A stretch of DNA of 64,000 nucleotides from Leucoraja ocellata (taxonomy: Eukaryota): the NCBI GenBank assembly GCA_036785375.1, contig JAWMAR010000156.1:4030001-4094000 (forward strand), written 5' to 3'. A program made the position numbers and the translations under genes. The number at the start of each line of letters is the position of its first letter. The stretch's first letter is position 1. The notes beneath the pieces were generated by a model. The model was not told the DNA's origin. It was given only the letters and a program-made list of their open reading frames with translations, and ran no database searches. Below are positions 39,251-51,780 of the stretch, in pieces.

Positions 39251-40490
39251 GCAACACAATTGTAAAAAATAGCTGTTTCAGGACAGGACGAGGGTTGGTC
39301 AAGATTATAAATAATGATCTCCTTTTCTTTTTTATTTTCTTTTCTTTTCTCTATTTTCTCTCTCAACTTTCTTCATTTACTCGTTTTCTTTCTTCACACA
39401 CTATATATTTCACATCTTTCTATCCTTTACTATCTAACTTCTTTTTCTTATTCTAATCTTTTTTCAATGTAGCAAAAATAAAGTTGTACATAAAATGTAT
39501 TATGAAAATATATATTAGGCACTTTGATGCCATATGACTACTTACTTCTAATAAAATAAAATATTAAAAAATAAAAAAAAGAAACAATTTGGAACAGAAG
39601 ATCAGAGCTCGAAAACAATTTATCATCTGCACTAAACTCAATTTTCAGCATTTTTTGTACAATAAGCATACTTGGCATAAAATCAACTTCAAGAAAGCAT
39701 AAAATAGAGGGTAACAGATGGGCTGCCTATTTTATACACTTGTCAAATCCATTGGGATTTTCTTTCCATTCATTTAAATAGTTAACTAGGCATAATTTTC
39801 ACCAGTCTCTCATCTTCATCATATTCATCTTTGACTCAAATTCTCCTTCATTCCGATTCTGTTGATGGGTCTTATGCGTTAATTTAATGCAACTCCCGCA
39901 AGCACCTAAATCATTCCCCTCCAGATCATTGTTCACTCGTAGCTGCAGTCCTTCTGTTTCTGAATGACAAATGCCGTAAGAAAATGGAAGTTTCCGTCCA
40001 TCATGGTTAAAAGAACACAGTTTCAGCAGTTTAATTTTAGCTTTTTGTACATCTTGGGAAAGACTTCTAAGATTTTACCATGTTTCGAAGGTCAGGAGAA
40101 AATGATGCAACCGAGTAGAGATTCACGGAGACTCCATTCAGGGGAAAACAATTATGTTAGAAATAAGATTTAAGGGTCAAAGATATGAGTTGGGGCAAGC
40201 TAGATTTTTCTTCTGAGAACAAAGAATGAGAATCAAATAAAATTATACTTGGGTCATGCATTTCAAGATTAAAGAAATTATTAGAGGCTCTTCAGCTTGA
40301 AAATGTTGAATTTGTTGAACATGCTTGGTAGCATATTGTTTAATGATTTATGAATAATGTGCTGATTGGATGTGTGTTTGGGAAGTATGTGCAAGAAGTA
40401 GCAAATTTCCAGAGTAAGTGGTCTTTAACACTGAAAATATAGATCCGTCCAGACGATCATAAAGTAATATAACAGAGGTCATTCAGCCAT

Positions 40491-42807
40491 TATAACCATA
40501 TAACAATTACAGCACGGAAACAGGCCATCTCGACCCTTCTAGTCCGTGCCAAACACGTATTCTCCCCTAGTCCCATATACCTGCGCTCAGACCATAACCC
40601 TTCATTCCTTTCCCGTCCATATAACTATCCAATTTATTTTTAAATGATAAAAACGAACCTGCCTCCACCACCTTCACTGGAAGCTCATTCCACACAGCCA
40701 CCACTCTCTGAGTAAAGAAGTTCCCCCTCATGTTACCCCTGAACTTCTGTCCCTTAATTCTCAAGTCAAGTCATGTTTGAATCTTCCCTACTCTCAGTTG
40801 GAAAAGCTTATCCACGTCAACTCTTGTCTATCCTTCTCATCATTTTAAAGACCTCTATCAAGTCCCCCCTTAACCTTCTGCGCTCCAAAGAATAAAGCCC
40901 TAACTTGTTCAACCTTTCTCTGTAACTTAGTTGCTGAAACCCAGGCAACATTGTAGTAAATCTCCTCTGTACTCTCTCTATTGTGTTGACATAATTAGGT
41001 GACCAAAATTGTACACCATACTCCAGAATTGGCCTCGCCAATGCCTTGTACAATTTTAACATTACATCCCAACTTCTATACTCAATGCTCTGATTTATAA
41101 AGGTGAGCACACCAAAAGCTTTCTTTACCACCCTATCTACACGAGATTCCACTTTCAGGGAACTGTGCACAGTTATTCCCAGATCCCTCTGTTCACCTGC
41201 ATTCTTCAATTCCCTACCATTTACCATGTACGTCCTATTTTGATTTGTCCTGCCAAGATGTAGCACCTCACACTTATCAGCATTGAACTCCATCGGCCAT
41301 CTTTCAGCCCACTCTTCCAACTGGCATAAATCTCTCTGTAGACTTTGAAAATCTACTTCATCATCCACAACCCCACCTATCTTAGTATCATCTGCATACT
41401 TACTAATCCAATTTACCACACCATCATCCAGATCATTGATGTACATGACAAACAACAGTGGAACCAACACAGATCCCTGTGGCACCCCACTAGTCACTGG
41501 CCTCCAACCTGACAAACAACCATCCACCATTACTCTCTGGCATCTCCCATTCAGCCACTGTTGAATCCATCTTGCTACTCCACCATTAATACCCAACAAT
41601 TGAACCTTCTTAACCAACCTTCCGTGAGGAACCTTGTCAAAGGCCTTACTGAAGTCCATATATACAACATCCACTGCTTTACCCTCATCAATTTCCAGAG
41701 TAACCTCTTCAAAAAATTCAAGAACATTAGTCAAACATGACCTTCCAGGCACAAATTCACGTTGACTGTTCCTACTCAGACCCTATTTATCCAGATGCTT
41801 ATATATATTATCTCTAAGTATCCTTTCCATTAATTTGCCCACCACTGACGTCAAACTAACAGGTCTATAATTGCTAGGTTTACTCTTAGACCTCTTTTTA
41901 AACAATGGAACAACATGCGCAGTACGCCAATCCTGCGGCACTATTCCCGTTTCTAATAACATTTGAAATATTTCTGTCATTGCCCCTGCTTTTTCTACAC
42001 TAACTTCCCTCAATGTCCTAGGGAATATCCTGTCCGGACCTGGAGACTTATCCACTTTTATATTTCTCAAAAGTATCAGTACTTCCTCTTCTTTGAATCT
42101 CATATTTTCCATAGCTGCTCTACTTGTTTCCCTTACCTCACATAATTCAATATCCTTCTCCTTGGTGAATACCGAAGAAAATAAATTGTTCAATATCTCC
42201 CCCATCTCTTTTGGCTCTGCAGATAGCTGTCCACTCTGACTCTCTAATGGACCAATTTTATCCCTTGTTATCCTTTTGCTATTAATATAGCTGTAGAAAC
42301 CCTTTGGATTTACTTTCACCTTACTTGCCAAAGCAACCTCATATCTTCTTTTAGCTTTTCTAATTTCTTTCTTAAGATTCTTTTAACATTCTTTATACTC
42401 CTCAAGCACCTCATTTACTCCATGCTGCCTATAATTATTGTAGATCTCTCTCTTTTTCTGAACCAAGTGTCCAATTTCCCTTGAAAACCATGGCTCTTTC
42501 CAATTTTTACTATTTCCTTTCAACCGAACAGGGACATAAAGATTCTCTTAAAATTTCACCTTTAAATGTCCTCCATTTCTCTTCCACATCTTTCCCATAA
42601 AACAAACTGTCCCAATTTACTCCTTTTAAATCCTTTCGCATCTCCTCAAAGTTAGCCTTTCTCCAATCAAAAATCTCAACCCTAGGTCCAGTTCTGACCC
42701 TCTCCATAATTATATTGAAACTAATGGTATTGTGATCACTGGTCCCGAACTGTTCCCCAACGCTTACCTCTGCCACCTGACCCGTCTCATTTCCTAACAG
42801 GAGGTCC
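40491..42807 (-). mobile_element. long CR1 LINE (end of endonuclease through RT to 3' UTR)
   Basis: GTSDHNTI, KSPGPDRI, NYRPVSLTSVVGK, MDFSKAFDKVPH, GVPQGSVL, KYADDTK; (ttatatgg)n tail. Confidence 0.93.
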
Positions 42808-44689
42808 TGTTAGGAGGATTGATGTTATGCCTAACATCAATCTCTTTGTAAGGCTCCTGCTCCCTGCTCTTGCCCTGTACATGTGTATACGTTTTTTATA
42901 CTTTCAATAATTTACCTGCTTCTGACTGGAAAGGTATACTAAATCTGCTTCTACCAATAACCTACTTGGGGTGTTGCAAATCATATAAATTCATCGTTGT
43001 TCAAAAAGACATCTGGTTCTTTTGCTATTCCTCTTAATTCTCTGTAGCCATCTGCCACTGGAGAGTTCCTCCTCATTTACTTTATCAAAAACATATTTGT
43101 TTTTGAAAATTTCCATAACATTTCTTAATTGTCTCTCAACAAATATTCCATGCACCTGAATAATTTTTATGCGCATAAATCTCCAAGTATCACTGTACCT
43201 CCACCATTTTAAAAATGGAACCACTTAGTTCGTGTTTCAGCATCCTTATTAAATGAATCTCTTCTTGATCATGTGGTAAATTTTATCTGCTGTTTGTCAT
43301 TCTTTTTCATTAATCTGTCTGTGGGCTCCTGAAGTTCTTGACTATACTTCCTCAAAACTTTGAAGAAATTTGGCATGTCACCGAATATTTCATCTAAGTT
43401 CTTCATGTGCCACTGCATCACATCAATGTTCTTCATGTGCCACTGCATCCTGACCATGCTTTCTTCTCAATGTCTCCATTGAGAAGGAAGCATAGGAGTC
43501 TTTGAGTACCTTTACCTCCAGGTTCAAGGACAACTTCCTCCAACTACAGACCCTACACCACTATGTGTTTGCACTTCAGTTTTTGCATTATCATGATCTC
43601 ATTTACTTAAAATATTTGTTAATTTATTGTATATTTCAAGATTCAATTTAATTGTCACATGTACCAATTAAGGTACAGTGAAATTTGATGTATTTGAAAT
43701 ATTCATTTTTGTTGCTGCATCAAATGTTTTTGTAAAGTTACAGCAAGTGAGAATTTCATTGTTCTCGTTCACATCTGGTGCAAGTGACAAATGGACACTC
43801 TGGGCTCTTGACTATTCACTTCACTGTTTATTAGTTTGTTGTGATCTGATCACATTGAAATTATATCTGTATGCTCAAACCGAGATCAGTGTGGTTAATA
43901 TATTTCTATATTTTCTTCAAGCTTTAATGTGAACCTCGGGGGATATCACTGCATACTTTCTTGAAATCTGAAACCAACTGTTCTATACTTGTTATTTCCC
44001 CGAGCTAATCTTTCCATGCAGCCACTGCATGGGGACAATCAATTTTGATACCGATAATGTAACATTTTAGCAACTGCAATTAGAAAGTCAATGCATATAA
44101 CTTTAACCACTAAACCGCAACAAAAGTCTCTATAATTTTTGTTGTTGCATTATTAATGAAAAATAGCCACCAAATCAAAGAGGAGCCTTAGTTTCTTGAT
44201 AGCTAAAGTTATTCGTACTTGGGCATCTTACTGCCCTAACCTCCACATTATGTATAAAATAAACCATGCATCCTTTAAATTTGATTCAGATTCAGATTCA
44301 GATTCAATTTTAATTGTCATTGTCAGTGTACAGTACAGAGACAACGAAATGCATTCATACGGATTAGTGTTCAGTGTCCTTATTTCCGATTTCCCTGATT
44401 AAACTTGTATTAATCATATGAATATTGAAAATCTGAATTAAAACCAGATGCTTTAAACACACCAACGGGGAAACCAATCGAGTTAATGTGTCAAGTTGAT
44501 GACCTGGGAAAAGTTAAGCTGATCCTCAACTCCGTGGCATATGACTCACCCCCTGTATTAAGCTTCCAACCATATGAGATTTACAAAATAGAAATAAGCT
44601 ATTTGGCCCATTGATTCTATACCACCTCTTACGTAGAGCAATATAATCAGTTCCATTATCCTGCTTATTTCTTCTTGACCTACAAACTG

Positions 44690-44885
44690 GAAGAACTAGG
44701 GGGCGGTGGTTGAGGCAGATGTGATAGTAGCAATTAGGGAGACTTTTGGATAGGCATATAGATATGCAGTGAATGGAGGGATCTGAATTATGAGCAGGCA
44801 GTTAAGAGTTGGTCTCAGCATCATGTTTGGCACAGACATTGTGGGCCGAGGGACTTGTAGTTGTGCTAGACTTATCTATATTCTA
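44690..44885 (+). mobile_element. CR1 3' end, degenerate
   Basis: VVEAD...LLDRHIDMQ-like C-terminus and tail. Confidence 0.6.
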
Positions 44886-45102
44886 TTTCCCCTTAATTGC
44901 CTACCAGTTACTTTATAAAAGGCCTGTTATGACTGTGTCCTTCCTCCTTATTAGCAGTACGCTCCATGTCATTGGCTTTCTGCTCCCCAAAATGTTTTTA
45001 CTAATTTCCAACTCTGCCCTGTATCTATAGCTCATCAGTTATTATTCTGTGTCTCATGTTCCTATTAAATATTCATTAATTAGAAGAAATTCTATCCATC
45101 CC

Positions 45103-45288
45103 ATCGCTATATTTAAGAGGGAGTTAGATGTGGCCCTTGTGGCTAAGGGGATCGGGGGGTATGGAGAGAAGGCAGGTACGGGATACTGAGTTGGATGATC
45201 AGCCATGATCATGTTGAATGGCGGTGCAGGCTTGAAGGGCCGAATGGCCTACTCCTGCACCTAATTTCTATGTTTCTATGTTTCTATG
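45103..45288 (+). mobile_element. young CR1 3' end
   Basis: FKRELDVALVAKGIGGYGEKAGTGY* followed by (tttctatg)n. Confidence 0.9.
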
Positions 45289-45831
45289 AACCAACACTAT
45301 CAAAGCTTCTTTGAAATTTTTTGCTTAATGGAAAACAACTCGAGCTTCTCCAGTTAAACCTTGTAGTTAAAAATTCCAGTAATCCTTCTCTGTGCACTTT
45401 AGGATTCCCACACTCCTCCTAGTGTGGCGTACAGAATGGGACACTGTTTTCAAGCTGTAGCCTAACTTGTATTGAATCAAAGTTCAACATAACAAACCTT
45501 TTGTTCTCTTGCCTATGTAAAGCCCATGATTCCCTTTGTGTTAACATTGAGACAAAAGGAACGGCAGATGCTAGAATTTGTGTAGAGTAGAGGTGCAAAA
45601 GTTTATCAAGCATGCACTTATCTAAATCATCAACATAAACAAAAAAATATCTTGGTTTGGGTTCACCATAGTCCACCATTCATATACCATTTCTGATGGC
45701 ACTCCCTGATTTTTGTCCATATTCCAGTGATCATTTTATTCTATGGACTCAATTTTGCTATTGCACATTCTTTCTCCTCAGCTAGGTGCCAGTGCAGACT
45801 CATTGAGAAGAAGTAATCTCCATCCATGCCG

Positions 45832-46160
45832 TAGGTAGACAAAAATGCTGGAGAAACTCCGGGTGAGGCAGCATCTATGAAGAGAAGGAATAGACAACGT
45901 TTAGGGTCGAGATCCTTCTTCAGACTGATGTCAGGGGAGGGGGGCGGGAAAATGAAAGGAAAAGGCAGAGCCAGTAGGCTTGTGGGAGAGCTGGGAAGGG
46001 GAGGGGAAGGAGGGAGAAAGCAAGGACTACCTGAAATTGGAGAAGTCAATGTTCATACTGCTGGAGTGTAAATTACCCAAGCAAAATATGAGGTGCTGTT
46101 CCTCCAATTTGCGCTGTGCCTCACTCTGGCAATGGAGGAGGCCCAGGACAGAAAGGTCGT
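45832..46160 (-). mobile_element. PLE 3' fragment
   Basis: DLSVLGLLHCQSEAQRKLEEQHLIFCLGNLHSSSMNIDFSNFR. Confidence 0.85.
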
Positions 46161-46211
46161 AATGGTTTTGAAATTCTGTATTTCTTTCCATTGTGATGAG
46201 ATAATATCCCC

Positions 46212-46265
46212 GGGGTGGAGGATTGCAACCTTCACGTGGTCCGCCCTGTTTCGACAAATGCAATC
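46212..46265 (+). ncRNA. minimal HDV-like self-cleaving ribozyme (predicted)
   Basis: P1 GGGGUGG/CCGCCCU, P2 GAUUGCA/UGCAAUC, P3 ACC/GGU, L3 UUCACGU, J1/4 GU, vestigial P4 with UUCG, J4/2 C-A-A-A. Confidence 0.78.
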
Positions 46266-46356
46266 AACCCGGCGTGCACAATCAAATAAGATCAAATAGA
46301 ACAAGTTGTTCAACAACTTTAGGCTGTACACGCCGTTCGCAAGAAGAAGAAGAAGA
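46212..46356 (+). mobile_element. 145-bp non-autonomous retroposon (Vingi/Ingi-like) with an (AAG)n tail
   Basis: TSD AGATAATAT(A)CCCC (46199-46211, 46357-46370, one indel); second copy at 58777-58907. Confidence 0.8.
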
Positions 46357-46585
46357 AGATAATATACCCCATTTCCTCAACTTCCATGCCAAGAACCACC
46401 ATTTTAAACAAATCATTTATTGAACAGCACTCTGATAATCCGATAGCCTCAGAACTTTCCTGGTGCCAAATAGTTTTTTTAGATTACTGAATATTACTTC
46501 TATTAATAGCTGCAATACACTTTTAAGTCACCTTTTTTGCATATTACACTTTAGTGTGCAAATTTTCCAGTGAACCGTGAGTTTA

Positions 46586-46840
46586 CATAGAAACATAGAA
46601 AATAGGTGCATGAGTAGGCCATTCGGCCCTTTGAGCCTGCACCGCCATTCAATATGATCATGGTTGATCATCCAACTCAGTATCCTGTACCTGCCTTCTC
46701 TCCATACCCCCTGATCCCTTTAGCTACAAGGGCCACATCTACCTCCCTCTTATAGTCAATGAACTGGCCTCAACTACCTTCTGTGGCAGAGAATTCCACA
46801 GATTCACCACTCTCTGTGTAAAAAATGTTTTTCTCATCTC
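46586..46840 (-). mobile_element. young CR1 3' end
   Basis: Near-identical to 25642-25900. Confidence 0.88.
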
Positions 46841-47124
46841 TTAGATTTAGTCTAGAGAAGCAGCGTGGAAACAGGCCCTTCGGCCCACCGAGTCCAGGCC
46901 GACCACCGATCCCCGCAAACAAACATTAGGGTCAATTTTACATTTTTATACCAAGCCAATTAACAGACAAACCTGTACGTCTTTGGAGTGTGGGAGGAAA
47001 CCGGAGCAACCGGGGAAAACCCACACGCTCACAGGGACTCCGTACAGTCAGCACCCATGGTCAGGATCGAACCTGCGTCCCTGGCGCTATGAGGCAGTGA
47101 CTCTACCGCTGCGCCACCGTGCCG
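46841..47124 (-). mobile_element. full-length HE1-like V-SINE
   Basis: Head ggcacggtggcgcagcggtagag (A box) and ggttcgatcc (B box), V-domain ccggtttcctcccacactccaaagac, CR1-type tail. Confidence 0.88.
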
Positions 47125-47672
47125 GTAATGGGAATGGAGCCCCTATGAGCATGGGGAAAAAATGATGCAGTGAATTTCTGATTTGCTTGGGATTAACTTT
47201 CTTCATCAGATGAGCACTTGTTTTAAAAAAATTGAAGCGCTCTTGCATGCGAGTTTTACCTGTCTTTTTCGATTGTGGTCATTATTTTAATGTATAACTG
47301 GGTACTAATCTCCTGGATGCTGATGTTGGAGATGTTCGTGTGAAGAAAATCAGGTAAAGCTCTGTGCTTGGGCATAGGTAATGAATTTTGCAGCCATTAA
47401 ATAAAATTAATTCAGACAAGTTGTTTAATATAGATGGCCCTACTGGTTGGCCAAGGCGCATTGGGACAATGGGCCTGTTTCTAGGCTGTGCAAGTGTAAT
47501 TCGAACCATCTGGCAATGGCTTGTTGAAGTGCGAAGTTTTCACCAATACTGGTGGTGAGCGACTCCAGGAGGTCTCCAAAGGTCTCCAGGCTGGTGACTC
47601 TCCTGAACCTGAAATAAATTCATAATTTGAATAATGAAAGACATGTGAATTTTTGCACTGTTTTATTATCAA

Positions 47673-49600
47673 CTAGACCAAGTGTGACCCGTTGGGTCGC
47701 TAGTCACACGGGAGGCCTGATCCCCCAACGCAACCCTTTCCCCCAACGCAATATTCCACCACTCACACATAGCCTCCACGGGAGTCGTGGTCCCCCAACG
47801 CAGCCCATTCCCCAACACAATATTCCACCACTCACCCGTACCCCAACGTAACCCGTTCCCTCAACACAATATTCCACCACTCACCCATAGCTCAGGGGCA
47901 GCTCATATCCCCTCATCTCCCAGCACTCCCTCTCCTCCTCTTAAAAATCCAATTGCACTTGCTGCCCTTGCCCTTTACAAAGTTACAAATGACAGGACTC
48001 GGTGTCCTGTAATTTGCAACATTGTGATGGGCAGGGGCAGCAATTGGATTTGGCTTTTTGACAGTGAGAAGTTAAGTGAAAAGTTAAATTTGTAAAGTTT
48101 AAAATGAGAATAACTTGTAAAATATACCATCAATCTGAATGAAACTTGATGCACCACACACAGATCAATGGTGAGTAAGGTGGTCCAAAAATTGTAGTGC
48201 TATCGTGTACCATTTTGGCGTAATTCAGGGCATGGCTCACAGACAGACACACAGACACTCACAAACAAACAAGATGAGAGTTTTAGTAATATCTATTAGA
48301 CGAAGTGGGAACCATTGGGTCCCTGTCACATGGGAGGCCTGGTCCCCCAACGCAATCTGTTCCCCCAATGCAATATTCGACCACTCACCCATAGCCCCTT
48401 GGGAGGCCTGGTCCCCCATTGCAACCTGTTCCCCAACGCAATATTCCACCACTCACCCGTTCCGCCAACGCAATATTCCACCACTCACCCGTTCCCCCAA
48501 CGCAACCCTTTTCCCCAAAGCAATATTCCACCACTCATCCATAGCCCCCAACTGCGCAGGGGTGGCTCATTTCCCCCACGGGAGTCGGTGCGGAAATGTG
48601 AAATTTTCAGATAAGGTGTTTTTGGACTCGATGGGAAAAATGTCAATCGGAATATGTAAATATTTTATCGTTACCGCATAGNNNNNNNNNNNNNNNNNNN
48701 NNNNNNNNNNNNNNNNNNNNNNNNNNNNNNNNNNNNNNNNNNNNNNNNNNNNNNNNNNNNNNNNNNNNNNNNNNNNNNNNNNNNNNNNNNNNNNNNNNNN
48801 NNNNNNNNNNNNNACTAGACCCTCCTCCAATGCACCCGTCCCCTACACGTAACCCCCACGGGAGGCGTGGTCCTCCAACTCAACCCGTTGCTGAAAGTAA
48901 GATTCGAGCACTCCTCAACAAAGATCATAGCTCTTGAGCCTCCACCAGCACTGGAGTTGACAAAAAAAATCCCAATTGCACTTCCCCAATTGCAATACCA
49001 ATTGACCCTCCCCCTCTTGTCCTGCCAGGAACTATGATGGCAACATTGTTGCAAATGTCGGGTGCATTTGCTGTGAGATGCCATTGAGCTGAAAAGTTCA
49101 GAGGTTTTCCTGCCAGTGTTCCTGTCTTGCAACTTTGTATTGAAGTGTGTTGGAAGCTGTGAGGAATGATTGTAACAGTAAAAACCATTTTAAATTCAAA
49201 GTATTTTTAAACATTTTCAGTAATAAGTTGAGAAATAAAGCATGACATTTTTAGATAAGGAGTTTGGATATGACGGAAAAAATGTCAACCGGATATGTAA
49301 ATATTTTATCGTTACCACATANNNNNNNNNNNNNNNNNNNNNNNNNNNNNNNNNNNNNNNNNNNNNNNNNNNNNNNNNNNNNNNNNNNNNNNNNNNNNNN
49401 NNNNNNNNNNNNNNNNNNNNNNNNNNNNNNNNNNNNNNNNNNNNNNNNNNNNNNNNNNNNNNNNNNNNNNNTAGTTACTGGACCAAGTGGGACCCGTTGG
49501 ATCCCATCCCCTCGGGTTGCAGGGTGAAGGGGGGGGGGGGCTGCTGCGTCACTCCCCACACACACACACACACTAACCACGCCCCTTGATATTATATCAA
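47673..49600 (-). mobile_element. head-to-tail array of non-autonomous Helitrons with a minisatellite, spanning two gaps
   Basis: Units begin on the + strand with a(c/t)tRgac at 47672, 48295, 48814 and 49476 (minus-strand CTAG|T at 47672 and 48814; degenerate in the other two). Three units carry an adjacent gggacc-c-gtt-gggtccc-type hairpin. 5' terminus aagatgagagttttagta at ~48271; repeats of cccaacgcaatattccaccactcac. Confidence 0.7.
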
Positions 49601-49864
49601 TATTATTCCATTGCACCTTTTACCCCATCCCCTGCCCTGTCCCCAGACTGGAAGAACATGTATTAAATTTGGTCTGGGTTTATGATTGCATTCATTCATT
49701 TGGTGATAGTTAATTTAACAGCTGTGCTGACCTTAAGCCATAATATCGCGAGTGCAGGTGGCTTCCTTAAGAGAAATTTAAAGAGGAAAAATAATCATAA
49801 AGAAAGAGTGCAACAAATATTTCAAATGGCTCAGTGTTAATTTAATCTTTTACATGTTTTTATA

Positions 49865-50433
49865 GACACAAAAAGAAACAAAAAGCTGGAGTATCTGAGC
49901 GGGACAGGCAGCATCTCTGGAGAGTAGCAATGGGTGATGTTTCGGGCCGAGGCCCTTAGAAGGGTCTCGACCCAAAATGTCACACATTCTTCTTCAGAAG
50001 AATGGGCTCGACCCGAAATGTCACCCAGCCCTACTGCTGCCTGTCATAGACATAGAAACATAGAAATTAGGTGCAGGAGTAGGCTATTCGGCCCTTCGAG
50101 CCTGCACCGCCATTCAATATGATCATGGCTGATCATCCAACTCAGTATCCCGTACCTGCCTTCACTCGATACCCTCTGATCCCCTTAGCTACAAGGGCCA
50201 CATCTAACTCCCTCTTAAATATAGCCAATGAACTGGCCTCGACTACCTTCTGTGGCAGAGAGTTCCAGAGATTCACCACTCTCTGTGTGAAAAAAGTTCT
50301 TCTCATCTCAGTTTTAAAGGAATTCCCCCTTATCCTTAAGCTGTGACCCATAGATGCTGCCTGTTCCGATGAGTTACTCCAGTATTATGTGTCTATCTTT
50401 GGTTTAAGCCAGCATCTGCAGTTCCTTCCTACA
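49865..50433. mobile_element. palindromic PLE-terminus-derived element interrupted by a CR1 (50046-50349, -)
   Basis: gctggagta.ctgagcgggacaggcagcatct ... agatgctgcctgttccgatgagttactccag inverted arms. Confidence 0.7.
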
Positions 50434-50989
50434 CATGTTTTAATTATATTGGTTGGTTTTGTTCTACAATGTTGTTGTCTTCACAAAAGCTTTTTTAGAC
50501 TGACGCTGTTAGCCATAGTTACAGTCACATCATCAGAGCTGGCAGAATTTTGTATAATTTACAAGTTGTCGCCTTTAGGCACACAGAAGACTGATGAACC
50601 GCTGCTGATCTTGTGTTCTGTGTGAAATGCAAAAATGGATGTGAGTTTGCCAAGTAATTTTAAGTTTCTCCCATCTTAGTAGCAGCAGGAGTGCAGCCAT
50701 TTGATCATATCCCCTTGGATTTTCATAATTTTAATAAACCTTTAGTGACTAACTGCTTTTAGCCCCTCTTTTGCAAGTTGCTCCAAAAGGGAAAACTATG
50801 TTGACCATGTCAAATAGTTTAGGAACTATCAGATCACCTCACAGCATTCATGTTATTCAAAGAGACCCAGCCTATTCAACTTTCTGTGAAAGGAAATATC
50901 TGTCTGGTATTGCTTTGGAAAATCTTATTTATTTTTTCTACTGCTTACATATCTTTTTTGTATTGTTGGAAGCATAAATATATGAGCCA

Positions 50990-51780
50990 TATGAGCTGAA
51001 GTAAATTGAGTCTACTCTGCCATTCAATCATGGCTGTTCTATCTTTCCATCTCAACCCCAATCTCCTGCTTTCTTCCCATAACCCTTGAAACCGTGGCCA
51101 ATAAAATATGTGTCAATCTCTGCTTTAAAAATACCCGATGACATTGTCACCACAGCCATTTGTGGCAATGAATTCCACAAATTCACCACCTCCTGATTAA
51201 AGAAATTCCTTCTCATCTCCTTTCTAAAGGTGTGTCCATTTATTCTATGGCTTCTGGTCCTAGACTCTCCCACTAGTGAAAACATCCTCTCCACATCCAC
51301 TCTATCCAGACCTCTCACTATCAGGTAAGCTACAATGAGGTCCCCCCTGATCATTGCCGAATGGCCTACTCCTGCACTTATTTTTCTATGTTTCTATTTG
51401 TTTTCCTTACTACCGATTTAGCTTGCAAATTAACCTTTTGGGAATCCTGCACCAGCACTCCCAAGCCCATTTGCACCTCCAATTTCTGAATCCCCTCCCT
51501 ATTTAGAAAATAGTCTATGCCTTTATTCCTAACACCGAAAATGCATGACAGCACATTTTTCTATATTCCATCTTCTACTTCTTTGCCCATTCTCCCAACT
51601 TGTCCAAGTCCTTCTGCAGAGTCCCTGCATTCTCCACAGTAACTGCCCCTCCAACTATCTTCATATCATCCGGAAACATGGCCACAAAACCTTCAATTCC
51701 CGCATCCAAATCATTGATACACAATGTGAAGAGTAACGGCCCCAGCACCGACCTTTGCGGGACACCGATAGTCACTGGAA
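50990..51780 (-). mobile_element. cluster of CR1 fragments
   Basis: RGDLIVAY...NLWNSLPQ; GVPQRSVLGPLLF...MFPDDMKI. Confidence 0.8.

Larger units (their letters stand above)
33365..39579 (+). mobile_element. full-length L1 LINE (fish/Swimmer-type), inactivated
   Basis: 14-bp TSD AGAAACAATTTGGA (33351-33364, 39580-39593), 5' GACTTCCGGTGGCG, ORF1 plus ORF2, A-rich tail. Confidence 0.95.

Noticed and set aside
40817-41752. 311-aa RT ORF (and the 300-aa ORF at 56313) as a domesticated gene or retron-like system
   Set aside because: Ordinary CR1 ORF2 fragments with adjacent frameshifts or truncation and typical CR1 context.
47050-47124. tRNA gene
   Set aside because: It is the tRNA-derived head of a V-SINE, followed by the V-domain and a LINE-type tail.
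47440-47608. Minus-strand protein-like frame FRRVTSLETFGDLLESL... after an acceptor-like site
   Set aside because: Its 3' part overlaps a degenerate CR1/SINE tail, and no homologue or partner exon was recognised.
48567-49616. ORFs containing X runs
   Set aside because: Artefacts of translation through N gaps.
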